Source: Gemmatimonadota bacterium | Lineage (GTDB): Bacteria > Gemmatimonadota > Gemmatimonadetes > Gemmatimonadales > Gemmatimonadaceae | Reading direction: 5' to 3' | Length of the DNA stretch: 64,000 nt | NCBI GenBank assembly: GCA_031372565.1 | Contig: JANMLN010000124.1 | Coordinates: 1-64,000 of the forward strand | Part shown: positions 1 through 7,910 of the stretch, one piece after another | How the letters are laid out: each line of letters begins with the position of its first letter | How positions within the stretch are numbered: the stretch's first letter is position 1 | Notes under the pieces: model-generated | What the model was told of the DNA's origin: nothing | The model's database searches: none | Seen by the model: only the letters and a program-made list of their open reading frames with translations | Translations under genes and position numbers: made by a program

Positions 1-2
1 AG

Positions 3-212
3 ACTTGGACTGAATGGTTCGTGGTCATGGACACCCTTGGCGAAGCGGATCGAGCTACGCTGGAGAGCAACACATGGCGCTTGCGTCTTGCTTTGGCGCA
101 TCGCGACCCTTATGCTGCATTGGCGCAGCTCAATAAGGAGCTGGATAGCGAATCCAATACTAAAGATTTGGGTTTAAAACTAATACTTGCCGGTTACATT
201 ACAAACAACTAA
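3..212 (+). other. AT-richer open frame entering from the window edge, unknown product; the same frame resumes after TAA at 210-212
   Basis: Frame 3 is open from nt 3 to TAA 212 and continues (QRLSLLSPPFDTGEVEKKYASY...) into the 255..560 ORF; composition is visibly AT-richer than the rest of the window. Confidence 0.3.
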
Positions 213-430
213 CAGAGACTTTCGCTCCTAAGCCCTCCGTTCGATACTGGCGAAGTGGAGAAAAAATATGCGTCCTATGTCGAGGCGAATAAACGCGACT
301 TCGCAATGGGAGAATTGTGTTACACGTCGCCATACAACGGCCGCCACTTCAAGCGCGCAGAAACAAAATTCAAATCACCCCCGCACCTCTCCCCCCCACC
401 ATTCCCCTCCCTTCCCCTCCACAAAGCTCA

Positions 431-865
431 ATGCCGAACCTCGACGCCCTCTACCAGGAAGTCCTCCTCGACCACTACCGCAAGCCCCGCAACAAGGGCG
501 CGCTGGATGGGGCGACGGCGGACGCCCAGGGGCGTAACCCGCTCTGCGGCGACGAGGTGAATGTCGCGGTCATCATGAACGGCAACGTGGTCGAGGCGGT
601 AAAGTTCACGGGTCAGGGCTGTTCCATCTCGCAGGCGTCGGCCAGCGTGATGACACAGCTCGTCACGGGCAAGTCGGCCGCCGAGATCGAGGCGATCCAT
701 GCGCGCTTTCATGCGCTCGTGACCGGCACGCAGCCGCTGGCCGAGGGTGAGGGCAAGCAACTCGGCTCGATGGCCGCGTTTGCGGGGGTAAGCAAGTATC
801 CGGCGCGCGTGAAGTGCGCGACGATGAGCTGGCACACATTACGGAAGGCGATGGGAACCGAATGA
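431..865 (+). CDS. sufU: SUF system NifU-like Fe-S assembly protein
   Basis: LYQEVLLDHY..PRNKG, NPLCGD, GQGCSISQASAS, PARVKCA motifs; ATG at 431. Confidence 0.95.
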   Translation: MPNLDALYQEVLLDHYRKPRNKGALDGATADAQGRNPLCGDEVNVAVIMNGNVVEAVKFTGQGCSISQASASVMTQLVTGKSAAEIEAIHARFHALVTGTQPLAEGEGKQLGSMAAFAGVSKYPARVKCATMSWHTLRKAMGTE

Positions 866-1233
866 GCGACGCTGTACGCGGTGACATTGACCACAACGAG
901 CTGAACCTCTCCGGCTTCGAGCATCTCGCAAACCTCGCCGACTTCGGCCCCAACGGGCTCAAGGCCGTCCGCACCAACGGCGGCACGCGCGTGTGCCTGG
1001 TGAAGATCGGCACGCAGGTGCGGGCGATTGCCGACAACTGCACGCATCGCGACTTCCAGATGAGTGAGGGGGAGTTGCTCGAGGACGGGCGGGTCGAGTG
1101 TGCGTGGCATGGCGCGCAGTTCGATACGGCCACCGGCGCGGCCGTGCAAGCGCCCGCGACCAAGTCGATCACGCGCTACGCCGTGCGGCAGCGTGGCGAG
1201 GAGATCTGGGTAGGCGGCGTGATCCATGGCTAG
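862..1233 (+). CDS. Rieske [2Fe-2S] ferredoxin
   Basis: CTH...CAWHG Rieske ligands; ATGA overlap with the sufU stop. Confidence 0.9.
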   Translation: MSDAVRGDIDHNELNLSGFEHLANLADFGPNGLKAVRTNGGTRVCLVKIGTQVRAIADNCTHRDFQMSEGELLEDGRVECAWHGAQFDTATGAAVQAPATKSITRYAVRQRGEEIWVGGVIHG

Positions 1234-2635
1234 CCTCCACACCGCTGTCGTCCTGAGCGAAGCGAAGGACCTGCTTGTGCCCGTGAACACCGCTGTCATC
1301 CTGAGCGAAGCGAAGGACCTGCTTGTGCCCGTGAACACCGCTGTCATCCTGAGCGAAGCGAAGGATCTGCTTCTGCCCGTGAACACCGCTGTCATCCTGA
1401 GCGAAGCGAAGGATCTGCTTCTGCCCTTGGCCCCCCGCTCCGACTTCCCGTTACTCGCCGCCAACCCCACCCTCCACTACCTCGACTCCGCCGCCACCGC
1501 GCAAAAACCGCGCGTCGTCCTCGACGCCATCCGCGACTACTACGAGACCTCCTACGCCAACCCGCACCGCGGCGCGTACGCCCTCTCCGTGCTCGCCACC
1601 GATCGCTTCCACGCCGCCCGCGAGACCATCGCGCGCTTCTTCGGCGTGACCGACAGCGCGACGCTCATCTTCACCCGCGGTACGACCGAGTCGATCAACC
1701 TGGTGGCGAGCACCTGGGGGCGCGCCAACCTGTCGGCCGGCGACGAGGTGGTGACGACCGGCATGGAGCACCACGCGCAGTTCGTGACGTGGCAGCGGGC
1801 CGCGCGCGAGGCGGGCGCGGCGTTCAGGATTGCAGAGCTGACGCCGGACGTGCGCATCGACCTCGACCACCTGGCGTCGCTCCTGAACGAGAAGACGCGC
1901 GTCGTGGCATTCACGCATGTGTCGAACGCCGTGGGCACGATCAATCCGGTCGCCGAGATCGTGGCGATGGTGCGGGCCAAGGCACCCCGCGCGATCATCG
2001 TGCTGGACGGGGCGCAGTCGGCGCCGCATCTCGTGGTCGATTTCCCGAGCCTCGGCGTGGATTTCTACGCCTTCAGCGGCCACAAGCTGGGCGGGCCCAT
2101 GGGGATTGGCGTGCTGATCGGCCGTCGCGAGCTGCTCGAGGCGATGCCGCCGTACCAGACGGGCGGCGACATGATCGAGTTCGTGCATGACGACGTGAGC
2201 ACCTGGAACGTGCTGCCGTACAAGTTCGAGGCGGGAACGCCGAACGCGGCGGACGCGGTGGGGCTCGCGGCGGCGTGTGACTACCTGTCCGGGCTCGGCA
2301 TGGCGCACGTGCGCGCGCACGAGCGGGCGCTGACGATCGCGATGAGTGATGCGCTGGCGGCGATTCCCGGCGTGACGGTGTATGGGCCGGCGGCGGCAGA
2401 GCGGTCAGGGGTGGTGAGCTTCACGATGGCAGGGGCGCATCCGCACGATCTGGCGACCGTGCTGGATGAGCACGGGGTGTGCGTGCGGGCGGGGCATCAT
2501 TGTTGTCAGCCGTTGATGCGGCGGCTGGGAGTGAGTGCGACGGCGCGGGCGAGTGTGGGGATGTACACGACATCGGGCGATGTGGAGGCCGTAGCTGGCG
2601 GCGTGCGACGCGCCTGCGAGCTGTTCGGGACCTGA
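1226..2635 (+). CDS. sufS: SufS-family cysteine desulfurase with a repeat-derived N-terminal extension
   Basis: YLDSAATAQKP, FSGHK (PLP lysine), RAGHHC; an alternative TTG start lies at 1427, after the repeats. Confidence 0.95.
   Translation: MASLHTAVVLSEAKDLLVPVNTAVILSEAKDLLVPVNTAVILSEAKDLLLPVNTAVILSEAKDLLLPLAPRSDFPLLAANPTLHYLDSAATAQKPRVVLDAIRDYYETSYANPHRGAYALSVLATDRFHAARETIARFFGVTDSATLIFTRGTTESINLVASTWGRANLSAGDEVVTTGMEHHAQFVTWQRAAREAGAAFRIAELTPDVRIDLDHLASLLNEKTRVVAFTHVSNAVGTINPVAEIVAMVRAKAPRAIIVLDGAQSAPHLVVDFPSLGVDFYAFSGHKLGGPMGIGVLIGRRELLEAMPPYQTGGDMIEFVHDDVSTWNVLPYKFEAGTPNAADAVGLAAACDYLSGLGMAHVRAHERALTIAMSDALAAIPGVTVYGPAAAERSGVVSFTMAGAHPHDLATVLDEHGVCVRAGHHCCQPLMRRLGVSATARASVGMYTTSGDVEAVAGGVRRACELFGT
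1241..1426 (+). repeat. Four tandem 48-nt units (last truncated), each containing the REP-like core GTCRTCCTGAGCGAAGCGAAGGAYCT
   Basis: Units start at 1241, 1289, 1337 and 1385; they translate as TAVILSEAKDLLVPVN. Confidence 0.95.
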
Positions 2636-2736
2636 CGTCGCTCCACTGGCGCGGTTATCCTGCTTTCAGCCAAGGCGCCTCGCGGTACCCGAGCTTGCAA
2701 GGCTGTTGACCTGGGATCGAGATGAGCGCCTGAACG

Positions 2737-2853
2737 ATGCTCGAGGTCGGTGCGACTACATGCGAGGCCTTGGGGCGGTCGGCAGGATCAATCTGGAGAG
2801 GGTGGTGGGCGGCGGCGTTCGAGATTGAGCTGACGACGTTGTTCGCGGCGTAG
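2737..2853 (+). pseudogene. Possible decayed 3' end of a Uma2-family gene
   Basis: Ends ...IWRGWWAAAFEIELTTLFAA*, resembling the paralogue end ...RWHPQGAATPFEMSVAELFAPI*. Confidence 0.3.
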
Positions 2854-2915
2854 CTGAGCCGATCAACACCGAAACGTTCGGTTCGGCACGTCTACCGGAA
2901 GCTGCCGCAATGTTC

Positions 2916-3024
2916 TGTTGCACCCCGCGTGCGATTGGTGACGAGGAACCACTCGGGCATCGCTACGCTCAAGGATGCACCCCCCTTGCGCCTCCCCTCC
3001 CGCCGAGCCGACGTTATGCACATG
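2916..3024 (+). promoter_or_regulatory. Conserved Uma2 leader 1
   Basis: GGTGAC..ATGCACCCCCC-TTGCGC-N18(ending GCCGAGCC)-GACGTT-ATGCACATG. Confidence 0.7.
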
Positions 3025-3588
3025 GTCGCCCCAACCCACTGGACCGCGAACATGGTGCGCGCGCTGCCCGACGACGGCCAGCGCTACGAGACCATCGGCG
3101 GCGAGCTGCTCGTGAGCCCCGCACCGCGCGAACTGCACCAGCGGGTGCAGCTGCGACTGTTGCTCGCGATCGGGAACTATCTGGAGCGCGAGCCCGTCGG
3201 CGTGCTCTATCCGCCGCCGATCGACCTCTCGTGGAACGACCCCGACGTCACGGTGCAGCCGGACCTCACCGTCGTCGACATGGAGCAGGCGGCAACCGGC
3301 ATGTGGAACCGCATGACGCGCGTGTTGCTGGCGGTCGAGATCCTGAGCCCAGGGTCGGTGCGCGCCGATCGCGTGCTCAAGCGTCGGCTCTACCAGGCGA
3401 AAGGCGTTGCCGAGTACTGGATCGTGGATGCCGATGCGGCGCGCGTCGAGGTGGTGTCGCTCGGGCGCCCTGCGGGACATGTCGTGGACGAGGAACTGAC
3501 CTGGGCGCCACACGGCGCCACTGTCCCTCTCACAGTCGCTCTGCCGGCGCTCTTCGCACCCTTGGTCGCTCGGCGACATCCCGGCTGA
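3016..3588 (+). CDS. Uma2 (DUF820) PD-(D/E)XK-like endonuclease, copy 1 (true start may be the second ATG, 3022)
   Basis: RYETIGGELLVSPAP..H, QPD, VEILSPGS..DR..K..Y, YWIVD. Confidence 0.9.
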   Translation: MHMVAPTHWTANMVRALPDDGQRYETIGGELLVSPAPRELHQRVQLRLLLAIGNYLEREPVGVLYPPPIDLSWNDPDVTVQPDLTVVDMEQAATGMWNRMTRVLLAVEILSPGSVRADRVLKRRLYQAKGVAEYWIVDADAARVEVVSLGRPAGHVVDEELTWAPHGATVPLTVALPALFAPLVARRHPG

Positions 3589-3639
3589 CGCGCCTCACAG
3601 TATCAGCCGGGGAGTCTGCGTGTCGTTCGGTGCCGACTC

Positions 3640-4080
3640 CTACTCCGGCTTCGCGCTCATCTGCCACAAGCTGTACAACATCGGCACCACCGCCAGCCAC
3701 CCCACCACCGTCCAGCGCCGGTACGCCCGCTCGACGCGCGTATCCTCGCCCTTCCCCGCCTTGAGCATCATCACCTGCGCCGGGATGAGCAGCGCTGCCC
3801 ACAACACCGTCGACACGGCCAACCCCACCATCGCGCGCACGATCCACCCCGTGCTGAGCATCGGCACGCCTAGCTGCAACGCGCGGAAGACGCCGGTCAC
3901 CACGAGCAGCGAGCTCGCGCCAAGAGTGAAGATGATATCGGTGACCATGATCGCCCGTGCCGCCGGCGCGAACCCCTTGGCGCCGTGCTCGCGCCAGAGC
4001 GCGATGGCCCACACCCCGGTCACGATCACGTTGCCGAGGAGCAGGATGGCCGAGAGAATGTGCAGATACTTGAGCAGCAT
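3640..4080 (-). CDS. DUF2269-like integral membrane protein
   Basis: LKYLHILSAILLLG N-terminus, about 4 TM segments, C-terminal MSAKP. Confidence 0.75.
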   Translation of the reverse strand: MLLKYLHILSAILLLGNVIVTGVWAIALWREHGAKGFAPAARAIMVTDIIFTLGASSLLVVTGVFRALQLGVPMLSTGWIVRAMVGLAVSTVLWAALLIPAQVMMLKAGKGEDTRVERAYRRWTVVGWLAVVPMLYSLWQMSAKPE

Positions 4081-4165
4081 GCAGAAGTGTTACCGTATGG
4101 GTCTGTACGACAGCGCAGTGGCTGACGCGCACAGTGCGTGAAACTGGGGTGATTCGCAACAATCG

Positions 4166-4254
4166 GGTTACGGCGAAAGCTCCCTGTCGTGCGAGCTTCG
4201 CGCCATGCGTCCCTCTTGCGCTGTCCCCCCAGCCGAGCCGACAATATGCACATG
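4166..4254 (+). promoter_or_regulatory. Conserved Uma2 leader 2
   Basis: GGTTAC..ATGCGTCCCTC-TTGCGC-N18(ending GCCGAGCC)-GACAAT-ATGCACATG. Confidence 0.7.
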
Positions 4255-4794
4255 GTGGCCCCGCAATACTGGACCGCAGAGATGGTGCGCGCACTGCCTG
4301 ACGACGGCCTGCGCTACGAGACGGTGTACGGGGAGCTGCTCGTGAGCCCCGCGCCTCGGCCATGGCATCAGCTCGTGCTCTGGCGACTCGTCATGGCATT
4401 GGGCGCGTACCTCGAGCGAGAGCGTGTTGGTCAGCTGTTCTTCGCTCCTGCGGACATCTCCTGGAGCACCGACACGCTGGTGCAACCGGACTGCTTCGTG
4501 GTGGACCTCGAGCAGGCGCGCACGCTCGAGTGGGAACAGATGCAGCGCCTTCTCGTCGCCGTGGAGGTGCTGAGCCCGTCGTCGCTCACGGCCGATCGCT
4601 TCAACAAACGCGTGCTCTATCAGCGGCAGCAGATCGGCACGTACTGGGTGATCGACGCGGATGTCGGCACGGTCGAGACGTGGACGCCCGACGCGACCTT
4701 CCCGCTCTTCGCCAGCGAGCGCCTGGACTGGTACCCGGATGGCGCGAGCGTGCCCTTCAGTATGACGCTCGCGGAGCTTTTCCGGCCGATGTAG
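4246..4794 (+). CDS. Uma2 (DUF820) endonuclease, copy 2 (alternative start 4252)
   Basis: RYETVYGELLVSPAP..H, QPD, VEVLSPS, K, YWVID. Confidence 0.9.
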   Translation: MHMVAPQYWTAEMVRALPDDGLRYETVYGELLVSPAPRPWHQLVLWRLVMALGAYLERERVGQLFFAPADISWSTDTLVQPDCFVVDLEQARTLEWEQMQRLLVAVEVLSPSSLTADRFNKRVLYQRQQIGTYWVIDADVGTVETWTPDATFPLFASERLDWYPDGASVPFSMTLAELFRPM

Positions 4795-4865
4795 CGGGGC
4801 GTCGGTGCGCTGTGCCACCAGCGCGCGCATGATGCAACAGAATAATGCGCGTGATTTGGAGACGG

Positions 4866-4969
4866 TGTGCGTGATTCGCGTTACCAGCCCAACGCCCAAG
4901 CGGTGTACGCTGTCGCTCCATGCACACCACTTGCGCAGTTACCCTCGCCGAGCCGACAATATGGGCATG
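4866..4969 (+). promoter_or_regulatory. Conserved Uma2 leader 3
   Basis: CGTTAC..ATGCACACCAC-TTGCGC-N18(ending GCCGAGCC)-GACAAT-ATGGGCATG. Confidence 0.7.
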
Positions 4970-5512
4970 CCCGCTGCACAGGCGTACTGGACCGTGGACG
5001 AAATGCGCGCGCTTCCGGACGACGGGCGTCGTTACGAGGTCGTGCACGGGGAGTTGCTCGTGAGCCCGGGGCCCACGCTGCCGCATCAGGAGATCGCGGG
5101 GCGGCTGTATCGGCGCCTGTCTGACTATCTCGATGCGTTCGGCGGCGGACACTGTTTCATCGCCCCGACGTCGGTACGCGGCTCGGCGACCACCGAAGTC
5201 CAGCCCGACGTGCTCGTGCTCAAGCCCGGCGCGCGCCTCGACGCGAAGTGGGCGAACCTCACGGATCTTCTCCTCGCCATCGAGGTGGTGAGCCCGTCCA
5301 CCGCGCGCGCGGATCGCTTCGTGAAGCGGCGCCTCTTCCAAGAGGCCGGCTTACCTACCTACTGGATCGTGGACCCGGGCGAGAGCCTCGTGGAAATCTG
5401 GACGCCGCGCGACATGACCCCGCTACTCGAACGCGCCGCACTCACCTGGCGCGCGAGCGATGACGCACGCGCGCTCATTATTCCAATCGCAGAGCTGTTC
5501 GCACCGCTCTGA
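4961..5512 (+). CDS. Uma2 (DUF820) endonuclease, copy 3 (alternative start 4967)
   Basis: RYEVVHGELLVSPGP..H, QPD, IEVVSPS, K, YWIVDP. Confidence 0.9.
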   Translation: MGMPAAQAYWTVDEMRALPDDGRRYEVVHGELLVSPGPTLPHQEIAGRLYRRLSDYLDAFGGGHCFIAPTSVRGSATTEVQPDVLVLKPGARLDAKWANLTDLLLAIEVVSPSTARADRFVKRRLFQEAGLPTYWIVDPGESLVEIWTPRDMTPLLERAALTWRASDDARALIIPIAELFAPL

Positions 5513-5518
5513 ACGAGT

Positions 5519-5549
5519 TCGGCGGCCCCGGTTGATCCGAAGCCGCCGA
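5519..5549. terminator. Hairpin between convergent genes
   Basis: TCGGCGGC...GCCGCCGA inverted repeat, no U-tract. Confidence 0.4.
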
Positions 5550-5589
5550 GGCATGCGGGTGAAGCGTCACCACGCTACACACCACCGCA

Positions 5590-6927
5590 CTAAGCGCCGA
5601 TCTTGAACAGGATCAGCGTCGCTCCCATCCGCAGCTCCGCGCCGTCTTCCAAGCTCACCGGCTCCGTGACCACTTCGCCGTTGAGCAGCGTCCGGTTGGT
5701 CATCCCCTCGTTCTCCAGCACGAACCCGAACGTCTCGTCCCGCAGGATCTTCGCCTGCGCGGTCGACACGGTCGGATCGGTCAGCGGGAAATGATTGCGC
5801 CGCCCGCCCTCGCGCCCGATGAAGATGGTGTTGCTCCCGATCGGCATCTTCCGCCCCGCGTCCGGTCCCTCGACAATCTCGAGCCGCGCCCCGGTGTACT
5901 CGAATGGTTCCGTCTTGGGCGGACGCGGGTCGAACGGCTGCGTGATCGGCGCACCGCGCGCGGGCGGACGCGGCGGCAACGCGAACGGATTGGCGACCAT
6001 GGGTCCGCCGAGCACGGAGCGCTGCACGGGCACGGTGGGACGCGGCGCGCGCGACGGCTCGTTCGCAGCAGCTGCGGCTCCGTTCTCAGGCACGCTCGGA
6101 TGCTCGCCGGTCGTGCCGATCACCGGCGTTCCGCCCGGCGTCTGCCGCACGATGGGTGACCCGTTGGGCGTTGTGCGTGGCAGCGTGCCGGCACCCGGCG
6201 GGGGTCCCTTGGGTGGCGCCATCGGGCCATCGAGCGTCGGCCGGAACGCGCCACTCTGCCGCCCCTCCAGATTCGCCCACGGCATGTACACCGGTGGCGG
6301 CGCCATCCGCACAGGCCCACCAATGACGATGGGCACGGGCGGGCGCGCGGCATCGCTCGGGTCGACACCAGGCATCACGCGCGGCGCACGCTTGAGGAAA
6401 TAGAACAGCGCCCCGCCCAGCCCCAGCGCGATCAATCCCGAGATCGCCACGATCCAGAGCAACCACTGCGGCTTGTCGAGCGCCTCGCGTGACTTCTCCC
6501 GGATGATGGGAATGGTCGCGTTCTCGCGGCTGGGCACGACCACGCCGCGAATGCGAAGCACGCGCCCGGGCGCAGGCAAGTCGTCGCTCTCGACCGCGAT
6601 GCCGGTCGTGTCGGTGTAATCGACAAGCCGATACGTCCCCACCTGGCTCCCCGGCAGCGACGACTCCGCTCGTCCCACGAGCCCGGCGACATCGACTTCG
6701 AGGTTCCAGAACTTCTGCGGGTTGGCGCGGATCGCGGCGATCGAGTCCTGGGTTTGCGCGGAGAGAGGGAGGGAGAGGAGGGAGAGGAGGAGGAGGAGGG
6801 CGAGGGACAGAGCAAAAGCAGGTCCTTCGCTGCGCTCAGGACGACAAGCAGGTCCTCTGCTGCGCTCAGGACGACACGCAGGTCCTTCGCTACGCTCAGG
6901 ACGACGGAGGCGGGGAGATGGACGCAT
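5590..6927 (-). CDS. Membrane-anchored FHA-domain protein (signal peptide, extracytoplasmic domain, TM, Pro-rich linker, FHA)
   Basis: IFIGR...DPTVS..QA...TNRTLLNG...LEDGAELRMG; TGATG coupling to the PP2C stop. Confidence 0.85.
   Translation of the reverse strand: MRPSPRLRRPERSEGPACRPERSRGPACRPERSEGPAFALSLALLLLLSLLSLPLSAQTQDSIAAIRANPQKFWNLEVDVAGLVGRAESSLPGSQVGTYRLVDYTDTTGIAVESDDLPAPGRVLRIRGVVVPSRENATIPIIREKSREALDKPQWLLWIVAISGLIALGLGGALFYFLKRAPRVMPGVDPSDAARPPVPIVIGGPVRMAPPPVYMPWANLEGRQSGAFRPTLDGPMAPPKGPPPGAGTLPRTTPNGSPIVRQTPGGTPVIGTTGEHPSVPENGAAAAANEPSRAPRPTVPVQRSVLGGPMVANPFALPPRPPARGAPITQPFDPRPPKTEPFEYTGARLEIVEGPDAGRKMPIGSNTIFIGREGGRRNHFPLTDPTVSTAQAKILRDETFGFVLENEGMTNRTLLNGEVVTEPVSLEDGAELRMGATLILFKIGA
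6816..6905 (-). repeat. Three tandem 30-nt REP-like units inside the 5' end of the FHA gene
   Basis: AAGCAGGTCCTTCGCTGCGCTCAGGACGAC-type x3; translates as RPERSEGPAC. Confidence 0.9.
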
Positions 6928-7910
6928 CACCACAACTCCAGCAGCAAGCCCGTGGCCCACAGCAGCACGCACAACACCACGCCGAGCGCGCTGCCCATCC
7001 ACACGATCGTCGTCTGCCGCGCACGCGCCTCTGCCGCCCGCTTCCGCAGCGGCGCGCGCGTGCGCCCCATGTCCGGGTCGGTGAGCCGCGCCGCAAACTT
7101 GTACGGCACCCGCGCCAACACGAGCCCGATGTTGTCGTCACCACCGCGCGCGTTCGCCTCGGTCACCAGCTTCTCCGCCAGCTTCTTCACGTCGGGTTCG
7201 CGCCGCAACACGTACTGCAGCGCGTTCGGGTCCAGATGGTGCGACAGCCCGTCGCTGCACACCAGCAACAGATCCCCCGGCAGCGATTGCGTCCATCGCA
7301 CATCGGGCTGCACTTCATCCCGATAGCCGATCACGCGCATGAGCTGCGCCGCGTACGGGCTCTCACGAATGTCTGCCTCCGACATCGCTCCGCTCGCGCG
7401 CTGCTCCTCGGCCCACGAATGGTCCACCGACAGCTGCTGCAACAACCCCGAGCGCAGCCGGTAGATGCGGCTATCACCCACGGTGACCACACCGCACCAA
7501 TCGCGCAGCATGAGCGCCACGGCCAGCGTGGTGCCCATCCCCTTGAGCTCGTCCGGCTTCTCTTCGGCAATCCGCAGCACTTCGGCATTCGCATGCGAGA
7601 TCACCGCGTGCAGGAACTCGGTCGCATGCTGCTGCCATTCCGCGCCGAGCAGATCGAAGTCCGGACGCCACGCCGAGAGCGCATCACGCACGACGCCGAG
7701 CACCAGGCTGCTCGCCACTTCGCCACCCACTCGGCCACCCATGCCGTCGCAGACGATGAGCGCGGCGTGCGCTTCCTTGTCCCCTGCGGGACCGCCGGCG
7801 GCAAACTGGATGGCGAGCGCCTGATCCTGATTCGTCTCGCGCACCATGCCGATGTGCGACACCGACGCCGCCTCGACCGACGCGCCACGAAATGCCGTCA
7901 GGAGACTCAT
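6927..7910 (-). CDS. PP2C/PPM-family Ser/Thr protein phosphatase with C-terminal TM
   Basis: G.VR..NQD, CDGMGG, GMGTT, VGDSR.Y, CSDGL, GGDDN. Confidence 0.92.
   Translation of the reverse strand: MSLLTAFRGASVEAASVSHIGMVRETNQDQALAIQFAAGGPAGDKEAHAALIVCDGMGGRVGGEVASSLVLGVVRDALSAWRPDFDLLGAEWQQHATEFLHAVISHANAEVLRIAEEKPDELKGMGTTLAVALMLRDWCGVVTVGDSRIYRLRSGLLQQLSVDHSWAEEQRASGAMSEADIRESPYAAQLMRVIGYRDEVQPDVRWTQSLPGDLLLVCSDGLSHHLDPNALQYVLRREPDVKKLAEKLVTEANARGGDDNIGLVLARVPYKFAARLTDPDMGRTRAPLRKRAAEARARQTTIVWMGSALGVVLCVLLWATGLLLELW

Noticed and set aside
1241..1426. CRISPR array
   Set aside because: The sequences between cores are near-identical, so there are no unique spacers; no cas genes; the core recurs elsewhere as a REP.
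709..1470. 253-aa minus-strand ORF with SRSFASLRMT repeats
   Set aside because: Antisense translation of the REP array and suf genes.
6761..6806. GA-rich purine tract
   Set aside because: Explained by Leu/Ser codons of the signal-peptide h-region on the minus strand.
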